Below are positions 31,912 through 41,723 of a DNA stretch of 64,000 bases, piece after piece. Numbering within the stretch: the stretch's first letter is position 1; each line of letters opens with the position of its first letter. The DNA is from Spirochaetia bacterium. Its GTDB lineage: Bacteria > Spirochaetota > Spirochaetia > SZUA-6 > Bin103. Below the pieces are notes generated by a model. It saw only the letters and a list, made by a program, of their open reading frames with translations, searched no databases and had not been told where the DNA came from. Where the stretch lies: NCBI GenBank assembly GCA_965203515.1, contig OZ241907.1, forward strand, positions 2,144,001-2,208,000. Reading direction: 5' to 3'. A program made the position numbers and the translations under genes.

Positions 31912-33144
31912 TCAACGCACGGCGGTCACCGCTGCCGAATCGATCACCACGAGCTCGTCACGCCAGAGGGCGGCGAGGAAGAACTGGAGCGGCCATATCT
32001 CGATGCCATGCGCGGCGCCGGGTTCGAGGCGCGGCCGCTCTTCGCGGCAGACGAGGATGGAGCGCTCGATCAGCCCCTCCTCCGCCAGCGCGCGCAGGCC
32101 GCGCAGGTGCTTGTCGTGGACGCGCCGGGCGGCCGTGGTCTCGATGGCCACGCGTCCATCCAGGATGAAGTCGACTTCGTACCCTGAGCGCGACCGCCAG
32201 TAGGCGAGCCGCGTCCGCGGGCGCCGATAGTCGATCCAGGTGCGCAGCTCGTGGAACACGTAGTGCTCGAAGAACTCGCCGAAGTCCGCCGACGCCTCGT
32301 CCACCGGCGGCAGCCGCCGCAGCGCCCGCACCACGCCGGTATCGAAGAAGTAGAACTTGGCGGTCTCGATCGCCTTGCGCTTGACGGTGCGCGTAAAGGG
32401 AGGCAGTTCGTCGGCGATGAGCGTGTCGGTCAGTATCTTGTACCACTGCACCACGGTCTGGCGCGGCACCTGCGCGTCCCGCGCCACGTTGGAGTAGTTC
32501 AGAAGCTGGGCATTGGTGGTGGCGGCGGTCTCCAGAAAGCGGGCGAAGCCGGGCAGGTTGCGCGCCCAGCCCTCCGCCGCGATTTCCTCGGTCAGGTAGC
32601 GGTCGACGTAGGAGGACAACTCCTCGTCGGGATCGTCGGACAGGTAGTGAGGCGGCAGCAGCCCATGGTTGAGCGCCCGCTCCAGCGAGAAGCCGGTGTC
32701 CTGCAGCTCGCACCAGGAAAACGGGCGCATCACCCGGTCGCTGCCGCGCCCGCCGAGCAGGTTGACGCCCTTGCTGCGCAGCGCCCGCGCGCTCGAACCG
32801 GTGAGCAGGAACCGAATGCCGCGCGTTTCGATCATGAGCTGAACCTCATCCATCAGCTCCGGGCACTTCTGGATCTCGTCGATGCAGATCACCGTGTCGC
32901 GCAGGCCTCGTGCCTCCACTTCGCGGCGGACGCGCGACGGGTCGGCCAGCACCGAGGTCAGCAGCCCCCGGTCGAGCAGGGTGAACGTGAGCTCCACGCA
33001 GTCGGCGAGCTGACTGCGGACGTAGGTGGTCTTGCCGGTCTGGCGCGGCCCGAACAGGAACACCGACCTGCGCGCGAGGAGCCGCTCCAACTGCAGGCGG
33101 CGCGGGATCAAGACAGCTCGTGCGTCACTGGCGCCCGCTGACAT
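31912..33144 (-). CDS. AAA_14 ATPase + DUF4143 protein
   Basis: FLFGPRQTGKT, IDEIQK, LTGSSAR, KFYFFDTG, YWRSRSGYEVDF. Confidence 0.88.
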   Translation of the reverse strand: MSAGASDARAVLIPRRLQLERLLARRSVFLFGPRQTGKTTYVRSQLADCVELTFTLLDRGLLTSVLADPSRVRREVEARGLRDTVICIDEIQKCPELMDEVQLMIETRGIRFLLTGSSARALRSKGVNLLGGRGSDRVMRPFSWCELQDTGFSLERALNHGLLPPHYLSDDPDEELSSYVDRYLTEEIAAEGWARNLPGFARFLETAATTNAQLLNYSNVARDAQVPRQTVVQWYKILTDTLIADELPPFTRTVKRKAIETAKFYFFDTGVVRALRRLPPVDEASADFGEFFEHYVFHELRTWIDYRRPRTRLAYWRSRSGYEVDFILDGRVAIETTAARRVHDKHLRGLRALAEEGLIERSILVCREERPRLEPGAAHGIEIWPLQFFLAALWRDELVVIDSAAVTAVR

Positions 33145-33200
33145 GGCGATTATCAGGATAACCGCCATTGGCGATGGCATCAAGGCGAGCTGGCCGCCGT

Positions 33201-36200
33201 TGTCCTACCCCTCATGGGGATCGGAAACACGCGGTCGGCGGCGGCCGCGTCATGTCGTCCTCATTACCCTCATGGGGATCGGAAACGGCGAGTGCCGGAC
33301 CATGGCGAAGGGCAGGGAGTCGCCCTCATTACCCCTCATGGGGATCGGAAACCACCCAGGCGGCGAGCGCTGCGGCGGTGATCGACAGACGCTCATTACC
33401 CCTCATGGGGATCGGAAACAGTGCCCACGTGATCGTAGGTGACCCACTCCGACACCTCATTACCCCTCATGGGGATCGGAAACGACCAGCCGGCCGGCGG
33501 GGCCGCGGTGCCGGCGTAGGTCTCATTACCCCTCATGGGGATCGGAAACCTCAAGGTATGCAGCGTGGAATGGAACCGACGAAGCCTGTCTCATTACCCC
33601 TCATGGGGATCGGAAACCTGGATCAGCGCCGCCTTGGATTGATCCAGCTCCGACTGCTCATTACCCCTCATGGGGATCGGAAACTGCCGATGGCGGCGGT
33701 GGGCGAACGGCGCTACCCGGTCTCATTACCCCTCATGGGGATCGGAAACACGTCGCCTACCGGTGACAGTCCGTCGGTCTCCTTGGTCTCATTACCCCTC
33801 ATGGGGATCGGAAACCGCGCATCAGCACGTCAAGGCGCCGGGCGGCCTTCGTCTCATTACCCCTCATGGGGATCGGAAACCCCGGAAGCCGACCTCCAAG
33901 GCAACGTACAGGTCCCCTCATTACCCCTCATGGGGATCGGAAACATGAACTCGCCATCGACAGCTACGATCCGGCAGCCGTACTCATTACCCCTCATGGG
34001 GATCGGAAACTGGTCACGCATGCCGCCAGGCAGGCAGCAGCGACTACGGTGCTCTCATTACCCCTCATGGGGATCGGAAACCCGCGTACAACAGGGCGAG
34101 GGGGAACCAATGACCGACTCATTACCCCTCATGGGGATCGGAAACTGGGCGGCCTTTGCCGCTGGCCTACGACCTCTCGTCGTTCTCATTACCCCTCATG
34201 GGGATCGGAAACCCGGGTGAGCCAGGCGTCGGGGAGACTCCACGAGACCGCCGCTCATTACCCCTCATGGGGATCGGAAACGCGTCATACACCATCTTGG
34301 TGAAGCCCGGCCGGTCCACCTCATTACCCCTCATGGGGATCGGAAACCGGCTGGCTGCAGCAGACGCGCGGGCGGCGGGTCTGGCCCTCATTACCCCTCA
34401 TGGGGATCGGAAACTCGATGCCGGCGCCTGGTCGCAGCCGGCTGACTCATTACCCCTCATGGGGATCGGAAACCACTGGTACGCCGCAATGCGATATACC
34501 GTCTTCGAAGTGTACTCATTACCCCTCATGAGGATCGGAAACGAGGAGGTGGCCGAGGCCGAGCTCCGGCGGGTGGCGATCGCCCTCATTACCCCTCATG
34601 GGGATCGGAAACTCCTGCGTGTTGCTGACGTGGTCTGCCTGGGCCCGGCACCTCATTACCCCTCATGGGGATCGGAAACTCGTCGGCGGCGAGCGGCGCT
34701 GGCGGGCCTGCCTGCGCATCGACGACTCATTACCCCTCATGGGGATCGGAAACCCGTCTGTCATGCGCACGGCGCCGCGCCGGCGACCATTCTCATTACC
34801 CCTCATGGGGATCGGAAACCACCACCACGCGCTGAAGACCTATCAGCAGGCCATCCTCATTACCCCTCATGGGGATCGGAAACTCGCCGCCGCCATCGAG
34901 CAGGGCATGGTCGGCGCCATCCTCATTACCCCTCATGGGGATCGGAAACCTCACGATAGGCCCTGAGCGTCTCCAGCGACCCCAGCACTCATTACCCCTC
35001 ATGGGGATCGGAAACTGCTGCCGCGTCCGCCGCCTCGGACCACGTGATGCCCTCATTACCCCTCATGGGGATCGGAAACCTGGCCGCCGAGCTGATGAGA
35101 CTGCTACCAGCTCAGTCTCATTACCCCTCATGGGGATCGGAAACCCCGGCTGATGAATGGGAGCGTCGCCTAGGTCCGCCTCCTCATTACCCCTCATGGG
35201 GATCGGAAACACCCCGCCGACGGCGCCGATCAGACCGCCTCCCAAAGCCTCATTACCCCTCATGGGGATCGGAAACATGCCGATGGCGGCGGTCGGGCAG
35301 CGGTCCTACCCGGTCTCATTACCCCTCATGGGGATCGGAAACCTGGGCCGGCCTAGAGGGCGACATGGACCGTCCCCAGCCGCTCATTACCCCTCATGGG
35401 GATCGGAAACGCGGTAGGACTGCGGCACCAGCCGCGGCGACTCGGTCTCATTACCCCTCATGGGGATCGGAAACTCCCCTGAGATTGAGCATGGATTTTA
35501 CTCCCTCGGTCTCATTACCCCTCATGGGGATCGGAAACCCGGTCACCAGCCCTGTCTCGGCCCCGTCGACCTCCAGCTCATTACCCCTCATGGGGATCGG
35601 AAACTGGATACCATGTGTACGTGAGTGCCTTGCCATTCGGACTTGGTGTTCTCATTACCCCTCATGGGGATCGGAAACACTACCTGGACCGGCAGGGCCT
35701 ACGGCGGCTCCGGTCTCATTACCCCTCATGGGGATCGGAAACTCGAGCGGCTGCTGCGAGATGGCGCGGAAGAGCTGCTCATTACCCCTCATGGGGATCG
35801 GAAACCTCGGTGCTCATGAGCGCCGTCTGGGGTCGGCTCGGCGAGACTCATTACCCCTCATGGGGATCGGAAACGTGAACGCGCGCGCGTGCTCCTCGCG
35901 CCAGACCTCGCCTCATTACCCCTCATGGGGATCGGAAACGCGCGGCGGACGCCGGGCACCGACTCTGCCAGATAGCCTCATTACCCCTCATGGGGATCGG
36001 AAACCCCTCCCCGCGTGCGGCAGGATCAGACCGGGCACAACGTCTCATTACCCCTCATGGGGATCGGAAACCTCCCGCAACAACCGCGCCAACTGGGCAT
36101 CGGACACTCATTACCCCTCATGGGGATCGGAAACCGCGGTTGCTCGAAACCCGTGACGCTGACGACGTACTGGCCTCATTACCCCTCATGGGGATCGGAA

Positions 36201-37076
36201 ACCTCCGGGAGCGCGGGCTGCGGCTCCCAGTCGATGAGCTCATTACCCCTCATGGGGATCGGAAACCTGACGATAGGGGGCGGCGCCGCCGCCCCCTCGG
36301 TGCCCATGACACTCTCATTACCCCTCATGGGGATCGGAAACTTTCCGCTCCGAGCAGGCAGTGACCACGCCATCACACTCATTACCCCTCATGGGGATCG
36401 GAAACAGTCTCCCCGCGACCACGGCCCGACCAAGTGAGCAAGCACCTCATTACCCCTCATGGGGATCGGAAACCCTGAGCCTGTCCGGGGTCCCGGCCGG
36501 CGACCTCTCGCTGTCCTCATTACCCCTCATGGGGATCGGAAACCGCCGCCGCGCCTCCATGCGCCGATACCAGCGCTGGGAGGCAGCTCATTACCCCTCA
36601 TGGGGATCGGAAACGCCGTCGCCGTCGTACCGGAGCCCGGCGCAGCCACGGTCTCATTACCCCTCATGGGGATCGGAAACGTGTAGCCGCTGCCAGGGTC
36701 GGTGACCATGATGCCAGGCTCATTACCCCTCATGGGGATCGGAAACAAGGACACGACGGTTGCCAGCAACTTGGGGTTGGTGGCGACTCATTACCCCTCA
36801 TGGGGATCGGAAACGCGAAGACGGCGGCACGACCTGGCGATGTCTCCCCGATCTCATTACCCCTCATGGGGATCGGAAACTCCAGGCCGCCGCCGCCGCA
36901 GGGCTGGCGGACCCGAAACTCATTACCCCTCATGGGGATCGGAAACGACGACAGCCTGCCGGAGCCCCGTGGTCTCCGGAGTCTCATTACCCCTCATGGG
37001 GATCGGAAACGCGGCCCGGCGGGGCCGCTCAAGAGCCGCTCAGTGGTCCTCATTACCCCTCATGGGGATCGGAAAC
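33201..37076 (-). CRISPR. CRISPR array, ~59 repeats and 58 spacers; 28-nt repeat CTCATTACCCCTCATGGGGATCGGAAAC on + (GTTTCCGATCCCCATGAGGGGTAATGAG on -)
   Basis: Manual count; spacers 31-47 nt. The two left-most repeats are degenerate (5 outer mismatches; 1-nt deletion), and there is a G>A variant at 34531. This suggests the trailer is at left and the leader next to cas2; strand is inferred from that. Confidence 0.99.
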
Positions 37077-37220
37077 CCTCTCACTGGGTCTGACAGCTTC
37101 TTGAGGCACACCGCCGTCGATGGCCACGCCTCGAATATCCAGAAATGCCCCACCTGGTGGCGATTCGTGCGCCTGAGCCCCAGCGAAAAGGGGTTCTAGC
37201 CTCAAGCGCAGCCTTGAATT
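37077..37220 (-). promoter_or_regulatory. Putative CRISPR leader
   Basis: Non-coding gap between the cas2 stop and the intact end of the array. Confidence 0.6.
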
Positions 37221-37520
37221 TCACAGCAGTGACCAGTTCTTTCCATGCCAATCGTCTTCCTGTTGACGCATATGACCGCCGAGTGCCTCCTTGCTCAGTC
37301 TAGCGACATCGACGTTATGACGGTTTCTGCACACGAGCTTCATAATTTTATCCTCCGGCTTGATCTTGCGAGAAATTTTATCTACCATTCTTATGACTTC
37401 CGATTCGGGAAGATCTCCCATGAATACCGACGCCTGCTCGTGTACGAGGTACTCCTTGAGCAGTTTCTTGTAAATTTCCGTTCGGTGCGCGGGAACGTCA
37501 TAGCATACGACGACGAAAAC
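37221..37520 (-). CDS. cas2: CRISPR-associated Cas2 (no canonical start codon)
   Basis: VFVVVCYDVP...YLVHEQASVFMG, downstream of cas1. The expected first codon reads GTT. Confidence 0.88.
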   Translation of the reverse strand, partial: VFVVVCYDVPAHRTEIYKKLLKEYLVHEQASVFMGDLPESEVIRMVDKISRKIKPEDKIMKLVCRNRHNVDVARLSKEALGGHMRQQEDDWHGKNWSLL

Positions 37521-37524
37521 CTGA

Positions 37525-38505
37525 CTACCCTCTCCATACGAACGGCTTGAAGTGCCCGATTCCCAGCGCCTCCCGCTCCAGCGACATACACTGCCGGTGA
37601 ATCGCTTGACGCAATGTCTCGGTGCCGCATCGTTCTTCGATTCGCGACCAGAAGCGCTCCGTGGTCCTGATTCTGCCTTTTTCGCTGAGCAGACACACGC
37701 CCGGCATCCTGCTCCACCACGACTCATCGAGCTTGCCGCGCCGGAACGTCGACAGGATAAGCGCATCGGAAAGCACCGGTCGGAACGTCTCCGCCATGTC
37801 GATCGCAAGCGACCGTCGCCCTGTCCCCGGGGAATGCAGAAACGAGATGCTTCGATCCAAGTGTGTCTTGGCAAGCTCACTCGCACATGCGGAATAGAGC
37901 AGCATGTTGAAGAACGACATCAGGCAATTCACAGGATCCGGCGGCGGGCGGCGCACTCTGCGCTCCAGTTTCGCTTCCGGGCATACTCGCCCGAAGGCAT
38001 CATGCAGGAATGCTCGGGCCAACCCCTCGGCACCCATCAGCTCCTCTTGAGTACCAGCCCGGTCGATTACGTCGAGTGCACTCTCGATGCCTTCCACCGA
38101 AATCTCGAGCCCGGACGTACCGTTACGACGATAGCGCTGCAATAGCCCTCTCATCGAGCTGGCCTGCGCCCGTACTATAGCTTTGGCTATAAGCAGGCGA
38201 TCCCGTTCGTCCAGGAACAGTTTTGCCTGGCCAATTCGGACTCTCCCGGATGGCGTTTCATCCTCCGGCTCGAATGCACCCAGGAACCGGCCGCCCGCAT
38301 CGAGAACCGTGAAGCGAATGCCGTGCCGGCCCATGTCCTTGAGAAGGCGAATGGAAATCGATCCTTCGCCCATGCACACCACGTGCTTGACGCCGTTCAG
38401 AGGAATCGACTTGCGTCCCGCCTCCGATGTCACGACCAGTGCGTTTTCGTGTCTGTTCAGACGTGCGTCCCGCGGGATGATGACCGTGTCCAACTCAATC
38501 TCCAT
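37525..38505 (-). CDS. cas1: CRISPR-associated integrase Cas1
   Basis: LMGAEG, RRPPPDPVNCLMSF, SFLH, SLAIDMAETFRP. Confidence 0.95.
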   Translation of the reverse strand: MEIELDTVIIPRDARLNRHENALVVTSEAGRKSIPLNGVKHVVCMGEGSISIRLLKDMGRHGIRFTVLDAGGRFLGAFEPEDETPSGRVRIGQAKLFLDERDRLLIAKAIVRAQASSMRGLLQRYRRNGTSGLEISVEGIESALDVIDRAGTQEELMGAEGLARAFLHDAFGRVCPEAKLERRVRRPPPDPVNCLMSFFNMLLYSACASELAKTHLDRSISFLHSPGTGRRSLAIDMAETFRPVLSDALILSTFRRGKLDESWWSRMPGVCLLSEKGRIRTTERFWSRIEERCGTETLRQAIHRQCMSLEREALGIGHFKPFVWRG

Positions 38506-39031
38506 CCCAACAAAGCAAGCTGCAGCTACAGGCGTCGCAAAGACGGATGCGCTTGGCAGCCGGACACGGACCAGCCCTGAGGTCACCGCTTTGTCGAGCA
38601 TCCCGAATGAGCTGGTCGAGCACATCCTCCGTGATGTCATAAACGATCTTCTTCCGGGATCCGTATACCTGGACCTCGGCACGCCATGGTTCACCCGTCG
38701 CACCCATCATGAACGCGGCATAGAACAGCGCCTGCCGAGATACCGCGTCGCGCGCTTGGGCGCTGCCCTTCCTCTCGATCACGAGTCGCCGTTCGAAGTC
38801 GATCGCGTCCGGCGCGATGCCAATCCCGCGCGGTACGTCGGCCGATCGTTTCTCTGTCTGGTGAAGGGCGAGACCTCGACGTACCCGCGCGTGATGTACC
38901 GCATGGGTGGCACCCATCAGATGAAGCCAAGCGCGCCGGCGACACAGAGCGACATGCTGGAAGTAGAGTCCATGTAAATCGTATTGTTCGGACAGCTTAC
39001 GCAAACATCGCGCTTTCTGCAGAATCTTCAT
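38495..39031 (-). CDS. cas4: CRISPR-associated Cas4
   Basis: CRRRAWL, PDAID, IERK, C-terminal CDACSCSLLC Fe-S cysteines. Confidence 0.9.
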   Translation of the reverse strand: MKILQKARCLRKLSEQYDLHGLYFQHVALCRRRAWLHLMGATHAVHHARVRRGLALHQTEKRSADVPRGIGIAPDAIDFERRLVIERKGSAQARDAVSRQALFYAAFMMGATGEPWRAEVQVYGSRKKIVYDITEDVLDQLIRDARQSGDLRAGPCPAAKRIRLCDACSCSLLCWDGD

Positions 39032-41048
39032 AGTCCTCGTCCAGAGGCGGCCTGCCGAGCTTCTCGACCAGGGCCGTGGCGGCCCCCATCACTCTCCTGC
39101 GCGGGTCGCGCACCTTCTCGTCAGTTCTCGGGATGAACCGAACGAACCGATGCCGCCACTCCTCGATCAAACGGATATTGAGTCCCTCGGTTCCCTTGTC
39201 CATTTCTCTGATCGAAACGGAAAAGCTCCCTTCGTCGATCGGTGACCGAACGTACAGAGTCAGCCGCTGAGCATCCTGGCGGCCGGGAAACGCTCTGATT
39301 TCTTCTCGCAGAGTCCGCGACATGAGGTGAACGACTCGTTCCCCGTCTTCTTCAGTCGCGATGTAACGGTTGCGGATATCGGTGGCTCTTCTCAGGAAGG
39401 ACTCTGTTACCGTGAAGCGATCACCGTTCGGATCCACAACCACGATCGTGGTCCCGATGTCGCGGTAGGTCAGAGCGCTTGCGAGCAGCGCGTCCACCCA
39501 CCTCCGGTGCGGTTGCGACTGGCGACGGAGGTTGTCGTTCACGACGTCAACCGACAGAATCTCCGTGATCTTCGCCTCGACGAACTTCACGACGCCGGGG
39601 GCGATGTCACGCAGTCGAGCGTTCGCTTCCCTCTGCACGCGCATCTTCTTCCGCCGGATGGCAACGATGAACAGAGCGGCCCAGAACACGCCACGCCACG
39701 AGGCGCGACGATAAAACGGGATCATCGCAGCATCCGACTCGAAATCGGTTGCCGCTTCCTCCCGCGTAGGCTCCAGGCGGCGTCGCACGTCATGGAGCAT
39801 CTCATCGATGAACGTCTGCACGCCCACCTCGTCATGCCGCTCGGCGACATCGGCGATCCGCCGTGTCCAGGCATGGCGATTACGCCGCTGACCGGACAAC
39901 GACACAATGACCCGGCCATCGCAGGCGCCACGCGAGACACGCCCGACGCGCTGCACGAAGCTGGAGAGTCCATGACCGGGTTCGGTGAACATGAGGGTAC
40001 TTCGGAACGTGACGCCGTTTTCCACTGACGAAGTACACAACAACAGGTCGTAGGAGAGGGGATCATCGTAGCGACGGCCGCGTCGCGAATCACCCGGTTT
40101 CCTTTTCGAATCATCCATGGAATTGATCGGCAGCACTCTGATATTCCCGAGTCCGCTTTCGACCAGAGTCGTCCGTATCGCCGGCTCGTCCTGTATAAGT
40201 CGCTTCTTTGAGTCGTAGATGACGATGACGGTACGGCCGCTGGCGATCGACGCTCGCACGGCGTCGATGTTCCGCGCGAAAGACTCCGGGAGCGAGCACT
40301 CGCGCACGGAGATAGCGACGTTGCCATGGATCGGGCGATGCCCCGGATGATGTCCATCGGTGACCTCCTCCGCGATCTTGTCAATGTCGTCCCGACCGAC
40401 GCCTACTCGCTCGAGCACCTTCGTAACGTCAATCGGCGTCGCCGACAGGAGTGAAACCCGCCCACGGCGTTCCGAAACGGCAAGCATCGAAAGCAGGCAG
40501 GAGAGTCCAAACGATCGGTCGTCGATTGTGTGGAACTCGTCGAAAACGATGTGGTCGAAGCGGCGTAGATAGAGAAAGGGATTGACTACGCTGGCCCCCG
40601 TGACCGCGATACCGGAAATCATCCCGACCACCACTTCCGGTATGGCGAAGATGACGCGACCGCCCGAATGCGCACCACCGTCGAGGAACTGGCGCACCCT
40701 GACCGTGGTCAGTCTGGAGCGTCCATCCGTAGCTTGGTTACCCGACCATTCGACGATTCGTTCGTCGATCCAGGCGTCGATCTGCGCGTCGCCCAATCCA
40801 CGCTTGCGAAGGTGCTGCCGAGCCTGCTCATTGGCGTCGTCGATCAGGTTCTGCAACAGACGCTTGGTCGGCACGATGAACAGCACGTGCGCGCCGTCGT
40901 CGAGCACTGCCCGCATGAAGGCGTACGACTTGCCTGCGCCGGTCGGCGCCGACACAAGCCGTACCGGCTTCTCGGAACGCAGCAGGCGCTCCTGCATCGG
41001 CGACAGGCCGCCGGGCAGCGTCCGTACCGAATGCGATCTGACGGTCAT
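38997..41048 (-). CDS. cas3: Type I-D Cas3' helicase (no HD domain)
   Basis: APTGAGKS, FDEFH, LLSATP, TSSVENG, QRVGRVSR; no N-terminal HD domain. Confidence 0.9.
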   Translation of the reverse strand: MTVRSHSVRTLPGGLSPMQERLLRSEKPVRLVSAPTGAGKSYAFMRAVLDDGAHVLFIVPTKRLLQNLIDDANEQARQHLRKRGLGDAQIDAWIDERIVEWSGNQATDGRSRLTTVRVRQFLDGGAHSGGRVIFAIPEVVVGMISGIAVTGASVVNPFLYLRRFDHIVFDEFHTIDDRSFGLSCLLSMLAVSERRGRVSLLSATPIDVTKVLERVGVGRDDIDKIAEEVTDGHHPGHRPIHGNVAISVRECSLPESFARNIDAVRASIASGRTVIVIYDSKKRLIQDEPAIRTTLVESGLGNIRVLPINSMDDSKRKPGDSRRGRRYDDPLSYDLLLCTSSVENGVTFRSTLMFTEPGHGLSSFVQRVGRVSRGACDGRVIVSLSGQRRNRHAWTRRIADVAERHDEVGVQTFIDEMLHDVRRRLEPTREEAATDFESDAAMIPFYRRASWRGVFWAALFIVAIRRKKMRVQREANARLRDIAPGVVKFVEAKITEILSVDVVNDNLRRQSQPHRRWVDALLASALTYRDIGTTIVVVDPNGDRFTVTESFLRRATDIRNRYIATEEDGERVVHLMSRTLREEIRAFPGRQDAQRLTLYVRSPIDEGSFSVSIREMDKGTEGLNIRLIEEWRHRFVRFIPRTDEKVRDPRRRVMGAATALVEKLGRPPLDEDYEDSAESAMFA

Positions 41049-41060
41049 CGACCCGCGGAC

Positions 41061-41723
41061 TTATGACCAGCCCGACGTGACCCGCAACGCCACGTCGGAT
41101 TCGAGTGGCTGGCTGGGCTGGATGTTGTGGAGGCGGTACGGGCCGGCTTGCAGGTCGATGCCGGGATCGAACAGCCGCGCCGTATGCAGATTGATGCAGA
41201 TGTCATGCCCCTCCGCGCAGCGTTCGAGCAGGCCGACGCCATTGCGGCCAAGCCCAAGCCGGATGACGAGCCGCTCGCCTCGCTCCCCACCGTACATTTC
41301 GTGTGCGATGCGCAGCGGGTCCGCGTGGATGAACCAGCCGTAGAAGACCGAACCAGCACCCACTTCCTGGATATGGTAATAGTCCTTGATGTTTCCGCTC
41401 TTTCGCGCGTCGTCCACGCTCTTCGGCATACCGCACTCGGCATCCAGGTTGAGCCGGCGCGCCAGCGGACGGTTCAGCCGATTGTCATGGCCGAGGAACA
41501 GCGTCGTCTTGAACGGCAAGGCCGCCACGTGGCGGCGATAGTCAGGTGTCGACGGCAGACACGGCGATCGCGGCATCATGCCGAGTGCGAACGCCGTCCC
41601 AAAGGCGATCGCGGTATCGGTCACGACATCGTTGAGCGTGGCCGTTCCCGAGGGCACGGCGAGCCCGTGCCATGCCCAGGGAGACAACGCTGTCAGTCGA
41701 TATGGAAAGACGACATCGGTCAC
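41061..41723 (-). CDS. cas5: Type I-D Cas5 (Csc1)
   Basis: Between cas7 and cas3; DTAIAF motif and C-terminal IRLGLGRNG. Confidence 0.75.
   Translation of the reverse strand: MTDVVFPYRLTALSPWAWHGLAVPSGTATLNDVVTDTAIAFGTAFALGMMPRSPCLPSTPDYRRHVAALPFKTTLFLGHDNRLNRPLARRLNLDAECGMPKSVDDARKSGNIKDYYHIQEVGAGSVFYGWFIHADPLRIAHEMYGGERGERLVIRLGLGRNGVGLLERCAEGHDICINLHTARLFDPGIDLQAGPYRLHNIQPSQPLESDVALRVTSGWS

Larger units (their letters stand above)
29533..32248. repeat. Diverged tandem duplication (29533-30562 vs 30561-32248) with deletions in the left copy
   Basis: 29533-29813 ~ 30561-30838 (GH 3' end); 29845-30254 ~ 30927-31337 (rpn 3' end); 30264-30562 ~ 31950-32248 (ATPase 3' end). Confidence 0.9.

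Noticed and set aside
33229..33259. Self-targeting of the terminal spacer to rlmN (~21483) or the peptidase (~12260)
   Set aside because: Only 11-13 nt matches, expected by chance in GC-rich DNA.
33168..37199. ORFs with repeating SLPLMGIGN / LITPHGDRK / HYPSWGSET
   Set aside because: These are translations of the CRISPR repeat, not proteins.
37521..37886. 221-aa N-terminally extended Cas2 from the ORF track
   Set aside because: The extension overlaps cas1 in another frame; Cas2 similarity begins at 37520.
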